A stretch of 64,000 bases of DNA from Eledone cirrhosa (Eukaryota). The notes under the pieces were generated by a model, which worked only from the letters and a program-made list of their open reading frames with translations, ran no database searches and had not been told where the DNA came from. Both the position numbers and the translations under genes were made by a program. The stretch lies in NCBI GenBank assembly GCA_964016885.1, contig OZ024741.1, forward strand, positions 248,001-312,000, given 5' to 3'. This document shows, piece by piece, positions 14,814 to 31,100 of the stretch (its first letter is position 1; each line of letters opens with the position of its first letter).

Positions 14814-17734
14814 GTATATATTTATAACAAGATGCATCCTTTTACGTATGACCCATTGTGTATCTTTATATGACTTTGTGTGTATATTCTTTTTATGTAT
14901 ATAAATATATTTTTTTTATGCGTGCGTGGGTGTGTATATGAATATGCGCATATTTGTAAGAGTGTATATGAGCCAGTGTGTGTGTGTGTACAAGCATCCG
15001 TGTAGGGAAAGGGCTTGTTTGTGTGTGTATATATGTGTGTTTGCGAGCGAGAGTCTATCTGTGTGTGTATATATGTATATGGGTACGTGTATATATGTGT
15101 GTGCGTGGGTGGAGGGGATGGGGGGGTCTATGTATATGTCTGTACGTGTTTGTGTGTACGGGTATATATACGCGTATGCATGTGTATGCACATGTGTGTG
15201 TGTGTGTTTATGTATATTGGCATGTGGGCATGTGTCTGTGTATGCACGTGCCTCTGTGGATGCATGATTCTTCTTTTAATGCTGAATTGAGATTCAAGAA
15301 CTGACTTTACCTTAAAACATTTACCAGGAGTGATTAGGATCACTTCACCTGCTAGAAGAATTGGGGAGGAGAAAATGGAGAAAAAAACACGCGCATATTC
15401 AGGCAGCCATGCGAAAGAGAGAGAGAGAGAGAACGAGAGAGAGAAGAAACAGTAGTAGCATCCTTAGAGCTAAGTATAAATGACCCTTACTCGTTAAATT
15501 AACATGTACGGGGTCAAATATTTTGCAAATACCAGTGAACCCATAATAGAATTTTCATGGAAAATCAGCCTAACATGGTGTGTAATAAGGCTGGACGTTG
15601 GAATTACAGGTATACTCCATATATACTCTGAAGGCGTGTGGTTTTGTGGTTAAGTTGTTCGGCTCACGATCGTAAGGCCGTGATTTCGATTCCTGAATCG
15701 GGTAGCTTGTCTCTTTGAGCAAGACACTTTATTTTACCAATCCACTCGGCTTGCAAAAATGAGCTGTATCTGTAGTTGAGGGGCTAAACATGTCAGATAT
15801 CGTATCACATTGAATATCCCTGAGAACTACATTAAAGGTCCACGTGTCTGAATTACTCAGCCAGTTACACGTTAATTCCACTAGCAGGCAGCTGATTGAA
15901 TCAACTGGAGCTCTCGTCGTCGGACACGACATCTGTTCAACATTCCAGCCTATTGGGACTTCCACAGCGTTACCCTCAACATTTCTATGTAGCATAGCTG
16001 AATGGTTAAACATTCGTTTCGTTATCACGAGGCTCCTAGTTCGATCCCACTGTATGGCATTTTGGGCAAAGGTATTTTATTTCTTCTTCTTCACCAGTAT
16101 ACTTTACCACCATCACCACCATTACCCTAATACTGAAAAATCATCTCTGTTCGTCATACTATGCAGCTACTAGTCTCTCTAGTCACATGGTATGTTAGAA
16201 ATATCAGCCAAATCCTCCAAACTCCAAAGGAGTGTGTGTTTGTGTGTTTTGTTTCTGTGTGTTTCTGTGTGTGTTTCTGTGCGTGTGTGCCTGTGTGTTT
16301 GTGTGTGTTAAATATGGAAACAATGAACTACATCCCCTCATCGAGATTATCAGTTTCATTTTTGCCAAGGGAAAAAACCGCGAAATAATATGTTAAGAGT
16401 TACTTCCCTTGCATAAAATTAAATATTTTTTAAAGTGTTGTGTTGTTCTTATATTGTGATAACTACACCAGATGTGGTAGAGTCCGTAGGAGTGGAGACT
16501 TCTGGCGGTCTTATCCCCCTGGCCACATCCCTACTCACAGTGGAGTTGGCTGTCTTCAGGAGCTAGCCTCTCGAGGTGGTGTGGCTGTTCCAACGTGTTT
16601 CCCTCGCTGTCCTCGAAGGCAATGTTGTCTCCATCCTGTCGGCCGGGACCCAGAGGTAGGTTAGTTGGTGGTAGAGGATACTGTCTATTTCTACATGAAG
16701 GAATAGTATTAAACAAACTTACGGCGAAGGAACTTCTACGTGGTCTCCTAGCCTACTAGAAATAGCAGGAAAATTACCCTCAAACACAACCTTACTGTCT
16801 TAAAAAGACATTAGTAACGCCCTAGTTCCCCCTCACTTAAGAAATTAACAGCTTATCACATCTGAAAAATCTTTGATCATAAGTCTGAGCTGACCCGGGG
16901 TTAAACAACAAATATTCCTACAATGAGCCACGAAAGATCCTCTGTGTAGTTACTTAACATGCTAGAATTAGCTTATCAAATTTCCCTTAATTGCACCCGC
17001 CCGTCATAAATAAAGAAGGATACATTGAACACTGAAATCTCTGATATGCAAAAAGACAGTGTGGTCATGGCTAGAGCGTCTCTGATCATGCTTGATAAGA
17101 TTTCACCTTGGAACAGCCACTACAATGAGAACACGATCGCTCGACGTAACAGAAATTGCAGCTAAATCTTCCCCAAATTACATCCTATTGTGAAGGGAAA
17201 GGACACATTAGATAAAGCAGTCCTTGAAATATTTCTAAAAATGGAATGGTTATGGATGGAATGCTTTTAATCATAGGTCTGCTTACTAGCGACACCCTGA
17301 TTGCGTGCTTAATATGTCTGTTTATTAGCGACACCCTGGTTGCGTGCTTAATAAGCCTTTTTACTAGCGACACCCTGATTGCGTGCTTGATATGCCTGCT
17401 TACTAGCGACACCCTGATTGCGTGCTTAATATGTTCGTTTTCCAGCTATGTGCTGTAATTTTCGACTCCATAGCTCGACACTTTAAACACATATTCTACC
17501 ATAACCTCATCTGGTACAAAGCCTTGTGAGAGAAATTTAAGATACTAGAATGTTTTTCAATACGCTAACGTGTGTATGAGTATATACATATAAACGTGCA
17601 AACACAGACACACTCACAGACATACATTCACACAAACACAAACATACACATACACTCACACACAGAGTAGCAAATGGAACGCTAGCCGCTATAGTTGTTT
17701 CACCGTCCTCTTCCTTCATTTTTCACACTCATAC

Positions 17735-17772
<38 letters not shown>

Positions 17773-18578
17773 CACATTGTGTGACGGACGGATTGAAACT
17801 GTATGTAAGACGACCAGACGTCGTGTCCCTGGAAGATATCGCCGAGTTTAACATCATCTGAAACTTATGTGCCTTTAGTGACGTCCAAAATGTTTCAACT
17901 TGGAAGTTGACCAGTAAGGTCAATAAACAGATGGCTACTGTTCCTGTTACTGCTCCCTTTCAAAGTGGTAGGAGCACCAAAGGGTGGAGCAATGTATCAC
18001 TTCCCACTAATAATATTTACAGATGCATTTAGAAATCATTTGAACTTCATTTTAACCTTCTTTAACAGGTTTCGGGTCTGTGGAGAGGCCACCAATATGA
18101 TTGACTGACTTGTCATTTTAACAGTCAGGTGTTTTTAGGGACCTTTTATATTCGAGGTGTTGTTTTAAAACGGTGATTCAGTTACTCAAAACAGTTAAAT
18201 TTCCTTTTCTATTTTAAGCTGTACTGTCATATATATACAATAGACAATATCCAACACCTTCAGCCTCTACACCATAAAAGCTACGTGGCAATACAAAGTA
18301 CATTTCATCATGGATATATCAATGTAGTATGTGATAGAGCGTAACACACACGCACACACACGCACACACACACACACACACACACATGCGCACATGCACA
18401 CATACACAAACAAACATACATACACACATACACATAGACACACACACATACACCCAAACACTCACACGCACACACACACTCACACACACGTACACACACA
18501 CATACACACACACGCATACACACGCATATACACACACACTCACACACATACACGCACGCACACACACTCACACACACG

Positions 18579-18610
<32 letters not shown>

Positions 18611-18706
18611 CACACACATGCATACACACAGATATAGTCACACACACATACACACATACACGCACACATACACACATAGTCGCACACTCACACACACACA
18701 CACACA

Positions 18707-18737
<31 letters not shown>

Positions 18738-19949
18738 CAAACAACTGCTATTAATCTAACCCCTCTTCATAAGATATAATGGCGTAAAATAAAACGTCAA
18801 ATAAGAATAAAACAAATTCTACTTCGTTAAAAACGGAAATGACATTTTATCGTCTGCAAACTGTCCATTGGTTGCTCCTGTTTTCCGATACAATTTGATC
18901 AAGAGAACCCGGTTAAATTAGACCTTAAACGCAACAGTAGGTAATGGTGGGGCGGAGAAAATCAGGAATTGCCAGTAGAACAGGTTAGTGTTGATATGTA
19001 AAGCTTGAATAGATTATTAAGAGGTATCTCAATGGATGTGGACGAGTGAGAGATATCAGTCAGCCATGTCCACAAACCGGTTTCGATATTCTTATTCAGA
19101 GTTGTTCGATTTCACTACTTAACGTCACTTTTCACGAGCGGCCGTCAACAGAAATAGCTGTGTGGTTAGAGGGTTCCCTTAGAAAATATATAGTTTTCAG
19201 GTTCGATCCCACTCCCCGGCATCTTGTATAAAGTATCTTCTACTACAGCTACGTAGTGATTACGTGAATGAAATTTGGTTGATGTTGTAGTTTATCCTCA
19301 GCTCAACCCTCATCAAAAGAATCTAACAGCAAAGACAATCCAGTGATGGCCATCTAGTATGTTATTTTCTCAGACAAGGTGTATCTACTACTTCCCTATG
19401 CTTTCCTTTTTTTAAGACGGTAGAGGTTTTGAAGGAGATTTACCTGCCATTTCTAACTGGTCAAGCGACTACATAATACCTGTCACCCTTTCCACAACCA
19501 CACTGACCTCTTTCCAGGCCTTCCAAAAACGGGAAGAAATTGTCCTCTGGGCCAAATGCTTATTGCAATGTGAACTCCGTTGAAGGTACTCAATAAACTG
19601 GGTAACCGATTGAATTTACAACCCAAGAAAAAGAATGCCTCCTCCTCCGACGGGTTTCCACCGTGTTATCCTGTCAAATATCATAGAAGCCAACGAAGAG
19701 CATTATGTTTCAGGAAGAATCAGCGAATTGGCAGTTTAAACAAGAAAAGTCATATCTACTAAATACTTAACGAAGGAGCCTTTGTGAAGTTGATTTGAGA
19801 GATTTGAGAGAAAGAGTAGTCAAATCTCTATCAGGTTGCATTCTAAGTAAAGGTAAAATTTATTAATGTAGTCCCTAATATGACCAAAGAGATTCCATAC
19901 ACACACAAACTTACATGTGTGTATGTGTGTGAGCATGTGTGTGTTTCTG

Positions 19950-20013
<64 letters not shown>

Positions 20014-20280
20014 GATAATACATATGTTCCTATATGCACTGTGCATGTAGGGAAACACTTTATTATTATTAATCTCCCCTGGTCGAGATAACATTTTGGT
20101 CGTTTTAACTGCTGCTATTTCTAGTGGCAGTACATTGACCTTTCCGCCCCTGCCTTCTATCTTTACACACGGCACTAGACAAAATTGTTTCTTCATCATA
20201 CACTCTCATCCGGGAACAGTTCTGTATGGCGCCAGTTCGTGATTTGAACTCGGGAATTTTATATTCTCCGAGTGAGAAGA

Positions 20281-20364
20281 ACCCTCTGACGAAAGTCTTC
20301 TTCTCAATAGATTTCCGCATGGATTATTCATTTATTTTGAGACTTGAAACCGCGCGGTAAGGGT
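20281..20364 (+). ncRNA. Type I hammerhead ribozyme (duplicate of 5509-5592)
   Basis: Identical sequence in duplication copy 2. Confidence 0.88.
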
Positions 20365-20431
20365 AATTATAGCAGGTACAGTGAACTTTTTAAAATTTAT
20401 TTTAAAACTTTCTCTTATTTGCTAAACCTTG

Positions 20432-20572
<141 letters not shown>

Positions 20573-20891
20573 ATATATAATCAAGGTTTAGCAAATAAGA
20601 GAAATATATATATATATAGAAAACGAAAAGTGAGTGATGTATGAACCCGCAGGATCGACGGACATGTCTAATGATTTCGGAGCATATTTTCTCACTGGGG
20701 TATCTGACCCTCTGGGCCAGTACCGTCAAAAACTTCATACTCTTCGCGTGCCCTGTGATTGGCCGCTGGTTGTCTACGTCATCATAATTCTGACCACAGG
20801 TACAAGTCCGCTGACCATCAGGGCGTTAGCTGGTCCATGTCTACTACACTTCAATAAATTACTGCTGTGTTTGGTAGTTCACACAACCACA

Positions 20892-20927
<36 letters not shown>

Positions 20928-21291
20928 ACACACACACAATCACATAGATAACGATAATCGTACGCATAGACTCCCGCTATACACACACAACTAAGGAGAA
21001 CATATAAACATATAAACATACGCATACATGCATCCAGAGGGGCACGTACATACACAGACACATGCCCACATGCCTATATACATCAACATACACACACACA
21101 TGTGTATACACATGCATGCGCGTATATATACCCGTACACACAAACACGTACAGACATATACATAGACCCCCTCCACCCACGCACACACATGTATACACGT
21201 ACCCATATACATATATACACACGCAGATACACACTCGCTCGCAAACACACATATAAACGCACAAACAAGCCCTTTCCCTACACGGGTGCTT

Positions 21292-21359
<68 letters not shown>

Positions 21360-21602
21360 GCTCATATACACTCTTACAAATATGCGCATATTCATATACA
21401 CACCCAGGCACGCATAAAATGTATATATATATATATATATACATAAAAAGAATATACACACAAAGTCATATAAAGATACATAATAGGTCATACATGAAAG
21501 GATGCATCTTGTTATAAATATATACATATATAAAAAAAATACATACATACACACATATATACACACACACACATATATATATATATATAAAGTGTAAAAA
21601 TA

Positions 21603-24105
21603 CCACCTAAAACAGATCTTTAGATCAAGACGACACCCACCCCATAACGCACAGCTAGAAGAATTTGAAAACCGTATCATCAGCATCGTCCGAAACATCA
21701 AATTCCGAAGGAATAATACACGACATACTGATTACCTCCGGAGATTGAGCTCCACAATCAAAAGCATGGAAGAATACCCGGACTTACTTGTGCCCTCGGA
21801 CAAAACTGGTAATGTATACATGCTTGACCGATTTACATACAACAACTGCATCGGGAAAGAGGTTAGGAAAAACTATAGGACCACAGGACATGACAACCTA
21901 GATGACGTCAACGCCACGACCAAAAAAATAATGACTGGGCTAGGAATAGATGATAGGACAGAAAAATATGTACTCAGAAAACCACGGATATCCATTAACG
22001 ATCATAAATTAGACTTTAGGACTAATCTACCTGTTAGGCTAATAGCACCCTCCAAATCGGACATAGGTAGGACCAGCAAGAATATCATAGACAGGATACT
22101 ACCGGTACTTAGGAACAAAACTAGGCTTAGCTTATGGACCTTCACGCAGGAGGTAATTGACTGATTCTGGCTAATAGATAGCAAACAGAAGGTAAATTTT
22201 ATTCAATTAGACATAGCGAATTACTACGCGTCAGTATCACCAGTAATCGCGAACAAGGCCCTCATGAGCGCCATGGCCAAGTCCAACCTCACTAGGAAGT
22301 AGGCAAGCCTCCTTATAGCAGCGAGAAAGACGCTAATTAACTTCGAAGATAAATTATGGGAGAGGAGGGACAGACCCGACAGTTTTGACATTACTATGGG
22401 GTCGAGCGACTCTGCGCAGGTGACGGACCTGGTGGGAATCTATCTCCTCGAAAGATTAGCGGAGGAGATTCCAGGGATCGGCGGAGGAATATACAAAGAC
22501 AACGCACTTTTTACCTTCCATTCCCTAAACCCCAGCCAGCTGGAGCGTATGAGGAAGCGCATATCGCACTTGTTTAAGCAACACGGCTTATCCGTGATGA
22601 TAGATCCTAGCACTAAGACGGTGAATTTCCTGGACGTTACCCTGGAAATGAATACGGGCATGCACCGACCTTATCACAAGCCCAATGAGAACCTGCAATA
22701 TGTGAACAGGCAATCGAACCACCCAAAGTCAGTCATAGAAGCAATAGTTAAAGGGGTATCCAAACGGATACACTACGGACAGGGAAGTTCCTAGCGCCGA
22801 AGCATGCGGATACGACAATAGCAGTAGTACATCCATAGGTAGACGGAACGACCCGGAACTAACTTCCAAGAACACGAGAAGCAGCATAGGTCACCACAAG
22901 GACACAAGACCGACAATAAGACAGACGAAGACACACACGGGTGCCAGACGACCCAGTACACGTTGACAGAAGCCCGGCACGCGCACCACATGCGTCGCGA
23001 AAACTGGAACTAGAGACAGGGTAAGGACAAGTACGGCCGTGGAACCCGGTAAAGGGAACACTCGGCCCTGTAGCAATGATATAGCCCCGACAACAGCACC
23101 ACATATCATTAACGAGACTAACAGTAGAGCCGACAATACAAAACAGAATACCTCAGTAAGCGAACGGCGTAACCCGGACGCCCACGGTAGACATATAGAT
23201 AGCGGCAACATAGGGGACGAAATAACCGGCGGGCAAAACCCGAGACGGACACCTGACCCAACACACATTCACGCTACTACACCCACACGAAGGAACAAGA
23301 CAAGGCCTAAGGACGTTACATGGTTTAACGCGCCGTATTCTAAGCATGTATGCAGCAATGTACCAGGCCTCTTCTTCCGAGCGTTGGACGAGTGCTTCCC
23401 GCCGTCGAGCAGATACCACAACATTTTCAACCGTCACACGGTGAAGTTCTCTTTCTCCACCGCACCTAACATCGCAGACTACATGGCCAAAACCCGGCCC
23501 ATGCGGCGGTCGCTACGCCCGCGGAAGACGATACAATCCAACGCCGAGTGGAAATGAGTGGCGGAAGGGAGACCACCGTGTCGGCAGAATAACACCCAGA
23601 GAATCGGGAGAGAGCCGTGGCAGATCAAGGTCCAGGCGTCCGAAATGAACAATATAACGTCAGAACGTGCAACTGCAGAGCGGACACACAGTGCCCTCTG
23701 CAGGTAAGATGCCTAACGAAGGGCCTGGTATATAAATGTGTGGTTAGCACGCACAATATAAAGCGCACCTAGATCGGCACAACATCCACGACCTTTAAAT
23801 CGCGGATGTATAACCACACACACTCTTTCAAGGATCGGAGCAAGAGGCACTCTACTAGGCTGGCGGACCTAGTGTGGGACTTGAAAGACAAAGGCACCCC
23901 GTATGCCCTCAACTGGAGTATCGTTCGGCACGCGAATGCATATTCGGCTGGAAATAGAAAGTGTAGGCTATGCCTATCCGAGGCCATGGAAATAGTCAGA
24001 CTGAAGGATGATGCGGTCAACCTGAAATCGGAAATAATCATGAAGTTCAGACACCAGAGAAGTTGCACACTCTCCGCATGGAATCCACCGGGCAGCCCAA
24101 GCTAA
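21603..24105 (+). pseudogene. Naiad-type PLE ORF (duplicate)
   Basis: Same translations as 6826-9328. Confidence 0.9.
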
Positions 24106-24747
24106 AGGCGGAGCGTACGCCGACCAGAGCGGCGAAACGGGTTCAAGGGATTAGACACCATACCCTGTTGACTATATATGCCCCGTGGGGTAAGCCGAAA
24201 TAACCCAGGATGCCTACCCGACTCTGCACGTCACCCTAGGCAAAAACATCGCCTGAGCCGGGACAAGTTGACCCGGATTCCATTGATATTCAGTCAAGTG
24301 CCTTGCACCAATAAGACACTATACCTCAACCACAGTGACATACTCCAGTATGGCCGGTCCACGCACCCCCCTGCATGTGTATCTTTTCAGTAGAGTGTGC
24401 ATACTCTCCACGCATTCTATTTTGTAACACCTAATGTATTTTCCCTATACAGACCCACGTGTGTATCTCATACTTCTCTTGTGTACTATCACATATGCAT
24501 ACACGTTCCTTCTTTTTTATATATTTTCTGCACGCATTTTCTATGTACGGTCTGCGCATACTATTTACTGTAATACCATGAACGCACACTATGTGGCTTT
24601 GCGCGAAGATTCCATACGTGGATTGATCCATGTTCGCAACTTAACAACATCTCTGTAGGCACATATAAGAAGGTGCACCCTTTCATGTATAGCCCACTGT
24701 GTATCTTTATGTGCCGTTATATGTATATTTTTTTTATATATTTTTAT

Positions 24748-24789
<42 letters not shown>

Positions 24790-24791
<2 letters not shown>

Positions 24792-27214
24792 AAGAGGGGG
24801 TGGGGGAAACCTAGTGAAGCGTCGAAATTGAAATCTATACAGCAGATTCTAAGGATAGTGTAAGGTCGAAAAAAAGTGTACTGGAGAAGAGGAGGAGTGG
24901 GAGTTGAAAGAATAAGTAAATCGAAAGGGATTAAAAAAAAAACATTATAAAAAATAAGGAAATAAATAAAAACAATTTCTGGTTACTAATCCATTTCTAC
25001 AATCACCAAATTTCTCATTGGTATTGCTAAGCTATAGAAAAGTTTAATAGGTGGAGAATGGGAAAAATACTAAATACGAGATTGTAGTGAAAGAATGTTA
25101 TAAAGCCGGCTTTACAGGGGGGTCTAACACCGCTGCTAGATAGTTAGCAATCAGCCAATGCTATCTTACAATGACAGGTTAATAAGTTGAGAACAAAAAT
25201 ACTAAAATACTACTACAAAAATATTAATACAAAAATACTAATACAAAAATACCACTAAGAAATTTAGAAACCATAGAAATAGAGCAGCAACCAAAAAGAA
25301 AAAAATTTACTGGGGTCTAACACATCTGCTATAAAAAGCGTAATCGGCCAATTCTATCTTAAAATTAAGGGGGAGGTGGTACTGAGGTTACAGAGGACCG
25401 ATGGGCTGCATCGGGGTAGACGAAAGGTGAAAAAAAGAGACGAGGAAGGAGATCTTGGGTGGAAGGACTAGGAAGAGATGGGGGGAAGAAGGAAACATAG
25501 AGGAAAAGATTAAAAAGTTACGTCTACCTTTGTAAGCAGGGGTTACCCCTTACAAAATCGGCAAGTGGGGTATCAGCCAAGCTCAACCCCTATGGAAGAA
25601 ATAACCTAGACACCAGTGGAGAGCCGACCAGGAGGTGTAACTGTCCTGATAGATCCATGTGTCCCTCTCAACAACAGATGCCAAGATCGTAATGTGATCT
25701 ACCAGTGCAACGTGAGGACGGACACCTCCAACAAGCTTATATAGGATTAACCGCTTGTGACTTCAAGATCCGGCTCTACCAATACCGACATACTTTCCGA
25801 AACCACGCCCGGCGACATGCCATTACACTTTCGGGCCACATCTGGGACCTCAAAGATAATAATATAACCTACAATCTCACTTGGGGCTTACTGTCCAGAG
25901 CTAACTCTTACACGGGAGGACGCCGTCCGTGTAACTGATGCTCGGAGGAAACATTACAAATGGTGTTTTCGAAGGACCAACACCTAAACAAGAAAGACGA
26001 ACTGGTAACCGCATGCAAACACAGATTGCGTAGGACTTACCTCGACCACAAACCCCATAATGACCCGTGGGGGGGAGGGTAGACGTGGGTTGATACCCCA
26101 CTTGCCGATTTTTGTAAGGGGTAACCCCTGCTTACAAAGGTAGACGTAACTTTTTTTATCTTTTCCTCTATGTTTCCTTCTTCCCCCCATCTCTTCCTAG
26201 TCCTTCCACCCAAGATCTCCTTCCTCGTCTCTTTTTTTCACCTTTCGTCTACCCCGATGCAGCCCATCGGTCCTCTTTAGCCTCAGTACCCCCCCCCCCC
26301 TAATTTTAAGATAGAATTGGCCGATTACGCTTTTTATAGCAGATGTGTTAGACCCCAGTAATTTTTTTTCTTTTTGGTTGCTGCTCCATTTCTATGGTTT
26401 CTAAATTTCTTAGTGGCATTTTTGTATTAGTATTTTTGTATTAGTATTTTTGTATTAGTATTAATATTTTTGTAGTAGTATTTTAGTATTTTTGTTCTCA
26501 ACTTATTAACCTGTCATTGTAAGATAGCATTGGCTGATTACTAACTATCTATAGCAGCGGTATTAGACCCCCTGTAAAGCCGGCTTTATAAAATTCTTTC
26601 ACTACAATCTCGTATTTAGTATTTTTCCCATTCTCCACCTATTAAACTTTTCTATAGCTTAGCAATACCAATGAGAAATTTGGTGATTGTAGAAATGGAG
26701 TAGTAACCAGAATTTGTTTTTATTTATTTCCTTATTTTTATAATGGGTTTTCTTTTTTTGGGGGGTACTCCATTTCGATTTACCTATTCTTTCAACTCCC
26801 CCCCCCCCCTCTCCTCTTCTCCAGTACACTTTTTTCGACCTTACACTATCCTTAGAATCTGCTGTATAGATTTTAATTTCAACGCTTCACTGGGTTTTCC
26901 CCACTCCCTCTTTGTTCTACCGGCAAGTTCAGCCGCCCCTACCTCCCACCAAATGCCATGATCTGTCTTTACAACAAATTTTTGACCAATCCTCTTGACA
27001 ATTACTATCTTCCCATATAAGGTAATACCCCCTGAGAAGTCGGCTATTTATTTACCAGGCTAAACATTCTTATTTAGTCCAGAAATAGCCGTCGAAACGG
27101 CTTGAGCTCTGTCGTCGGGGTCATACTTGTTCCTATTACCCACTCTACTACCCTAAGTATTGAGTACTTTGGTGCGTTTTGATCCATCTGTTTCCTTACC
27201 ACAATTCCTTCGTT
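24790..27214 (+). mobile_element. PLE foldback (duplicate of 10013-12437)
   Basis: Same sequence at offset 14777. Confidence 0.9.
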
Positions 27215-30202
27215 ATATATATATATGGGTGCATGTATTTTTTTATATATCCTAAACGGACGGTAGTCCGTTTAGTAATATTGTTGTGGTCGTGTTTTCG
27301 TTGGCAATCGTCTGTTTACGACAGTACAGCGCGGCTCTACTTTATTTAACTGAGATAAAACTTATATGAGCATGAACAGTAGATCATGGCTTTAAAAATC
27401 TAGAAATTTGGTCCAGCGGGAAAAAGTTTATAATCAAAGTTTGCTGATAAATCTTGTGTTCAAGTGAGTGAGTAGTAAGCGTGACGCTAGGGGAGATAAT
27501 CCAGAAATGATGACGTTTGGAAAAGTTTAATTACTGCATGAAAGAAATGATTCAAAAATTGAACTTGCCCAATCTTCACAACATTGAAAATTGGTCAAAA
27601 TTTGACAAATCTGACTTCAAACCAGATATGATTCATTTGAACAATGTTGGAAATCTTAAATTGACACAAATGTTTGCCAATGTTTTTGCCACCTGATCCT
27701 TGTTCTATGGCTGACTGACTAATTTTGTGACTTAATAAAATGTCATCATACTAGTAATGCACAATGGTCATTTTTAAATTTAAATTTTATTAAATAGTTG
27801 TTGCTTGCATTGCCTTAAAATAGTAACAAGAATGTACACATACTTTTTAAAAATACATCATTATCAGTCAAATCAGTCAAATGTCACTAACAGCCAGGTG
27901 GTCGGTAACAACTTCTATAAGATTAGTTACATGCTCACACATTGGATCACCTCTCATCAATGGCATTGGGTGTCTGAGATAATCGTGGAGATAACTGATG
28001 AAGTCACAAATGAAGTGATGGTCTTCCAGTGTGAACAACTCCCTCTATCCATTGATATATGTGATGGCTTCCGATTGTATGAGGAATTCCATGCATCTGA
28101 TTTTCAGTGATTCAATGGGCATTTTATCAGAGATGATAAGGTATTTGATCACATTTTGCTTTGTAAGTAAATTGGAGAGAATCACTGCAGTCAAAGTCAT
28201 TTCTTTGCATGGGTTTTTGTCCATTCTAAAAAGTTAAAATGATAAAGTATTACTACTATATAACTTACATCTATTGTTGTAACACCATTGAAATGCACAA
28301 GTTTCACCAATTCACTATTATGCACTAATCATCTCAAATGCATTCATGATTTACTAGCTTTGTCATTAAGCCAGTTGCCTCAACTGGATTGCAATTACAC
28401 TCAAAAGAACTTTAAAATGTCAATCACTTGTCAGTAATTCACTATGATCATTTAATTATTAGATAGTTGTTGCTTGCATTGTCTTAAAAAATAGTAGACC
28501 AGATAGAAAAATGCGTACAGCAAAAAAAAGTAATATTGTTGGAATATAAACCTTTAAAAATACAGGACAAGAAACTAAAATAAAACTTTAAAAGAATAGG
28601 ACAAGAAACTAAGATAAAACTTTAAAAGAATAGGACAAGAAACTAAGATAAAACTTTAAAGAATTGGACAAGAAATAAAAAATTTTACAATAATATTAGT
28701 GGCAAAATTTTTTTATTCGTTTCCTGTGCTATGCCCCAGTATCTTCTTGATTAGTGCATAATAATTGTCATGCTCTCATTGTGCGTTGCCTCTGAGCGGT
28801 TGGTTCTGGTTGGGGTTGGTTGGCTGAGCAGTTCTGCTCCGTCAGAATGACCATTGCAAGAAGAATTGGCCGATGCAGCTGCAGGTCTCCTCCAAGAATG
28901 CACTTCTGGTCCCGCAACACCAGACGAAGATGGAGAAGACGACTGGGACAAGATGTCGACTCTGACCACCGACTACGGCACCTCCCTCAACCACCGGTCC
29001 TCCCTCCCTCTGTCCCGTCATCCCTCCAGTCCTCCTGCTCCCCCTTCCTGTACCAGAAGCTGTGGCACGCATTCATCTGGATTGTCGGACTTGAACTCAA
29101 GGACAAGATGCAAGGAGAAGATGGACGGGTTGGTCAAGATCAAGGATGAGCGGGACGACAAGACCGTCCGCTGCTGCTCAAGATCTGTGCTCATGGGCCC
29201 ATGTGTCCATTCACATTATGCATGACACATGAGGCGTGTCGCCGAATGATGAAATAGGGGTATGGTTATGGCCCAATTGGTGTTCAAACCAGGATCAAAT
29301 GATCCCCCGGTCTGACGACGACCTCTGAATGTGGAACCCAGAGCCTATGAATGTGGAACTCGATTTTTTACCAATAAAAATTTTGCCACTAATATCATTG
29401 TAAATTTTTTTATTTCTTGTCCAATTCTTTAAAGTTTTATCTTAGTTTCTTGTCCTATTCTTTTAAAGTTTTATCTTAGTTTCTTGTCCTATTCTTTTAA
29501 AGTTTTATTTTAGTTTCTTGTCCTGTATTTTTAAAGGTTTATATTCCAACAATATTACTTTTTTTTGCTGTACGCATTTTTCTATCTGGTGTATATATTT
29601 ATAACAAGATGCATCCTTTTACGTATGACCCATTGTGTATCTTTATATGACTTTGTGTGTATATTCTTTTTATGTATATAAATATATTTTTTTTATGCGT
29701 GCGTGGGTGTGTATATGAATATGCGCATATTTGTAAGAGTGTATATGAGCCAGTGTGTGTGTGTGTACAAGCATCCGTGTAGGGAAAGGGCTTGTTTGTG
29801 TGTGTATATATGTGTGTTTGCGAGCGAGAGTCTATCTGTGTGTGTATATATGTATATGGGTACGTGTATATATGTGTGTGCGTGGGTGGAGGGGATGGGG
29901 GGGGGTCTATGTATATGTCTGTACGTGTTTGTGTGTACGGGTATATATACGCGTATGCATGTGTATGCACATGTGTGTGTGTGTGTTTATGTATATTGGC
30001 ATGTGGGCATGTGTCTGTGTATGCACGTGCCTCTGTGGATGCATGTATGCGTATGTTTATATGTTTATATGTTCTCCTTAAATGTGTGTGTATAGCGGGA
30101 GTCTATGCGTACGACTGTCGTTATCTATGTGATTGTGTGTGTGTGTGTGTGTTAAACACCTCAACAACATGTGTACTGGTCTCTACCACACTAATTCGGA
30201 AA

Positions 30203-30251
30203 GCCTGAAGAGGTCACAGCCAAAGATGGCTGTCACCGAAATATATATAGC
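30203..30251 (+). ncRNA. Minimal type I hammerhead ribozyme
   Basis: GC-CTGAAGA; stem II GGTCACAGCCA/TGGCTGTCACC (10/11 bp); GAAA; palindromic ATATATAT; AUA triplet; stem I only 2 bp. Confidence 0.7.
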
Positions 30252-30304
30252 AGTAATAAACGAAGCCAAATTTTAAATATTTGACTTATTTATTTTAGTT
30301 TATG

Positions 30305-30356
<52 letters not shown>

Positions 30357-30805
30357 GCTCACACACATACACATATGTAAGTTTGTGTGTGTATGGAATC
30401 TCTTTGGTTATATTAGGGACTACATTAATAAATTTAACCTTTACTTAGAATGCAACCTGATAGAGATTTGACTACTCTTTCTCTCAAATCTCTCAAATCA
30501 ACTTCACAAAGGCTCCTTCGTTAAGTATTTAGTAGATATGACTTTTCTTGTTTAAACTGCCAATTCGCTGATTCTTCCTGAAACATAATACCTCTTCGTT
30601 GGCTTGAATGATATTTGACAGGATAACACGGTGGAAACCCGGCGGAGGAGGAGGCATTCTTTTTCTTGGGTTGTAAATTCAATCGGTTACCCAGTTTATT
30701 GAGTACCTTCAACGGAGTTCACATTGCAATAAGCATTTGGCCCAGAGGACAATTTCTTCCCGTTTTTGGAAGGCCTGGAAAGAGGTCAGTGTGGTTGTGG
30801 AAAGG

Positions 30806-30851
<46 letters not shown>

Positions 30852-30969
30852 TATATAGTAAAAGAATGAAGAATAACATAGTCGGCTGTGCAAAAAGGGT
30901 TTATTTACTATCCTCAACACAGAGTACTCACAACCTCTAGATGGATTACTTTAAACGATACCTTGTTAT

Positions 30970-31100
<131 letters not shown>

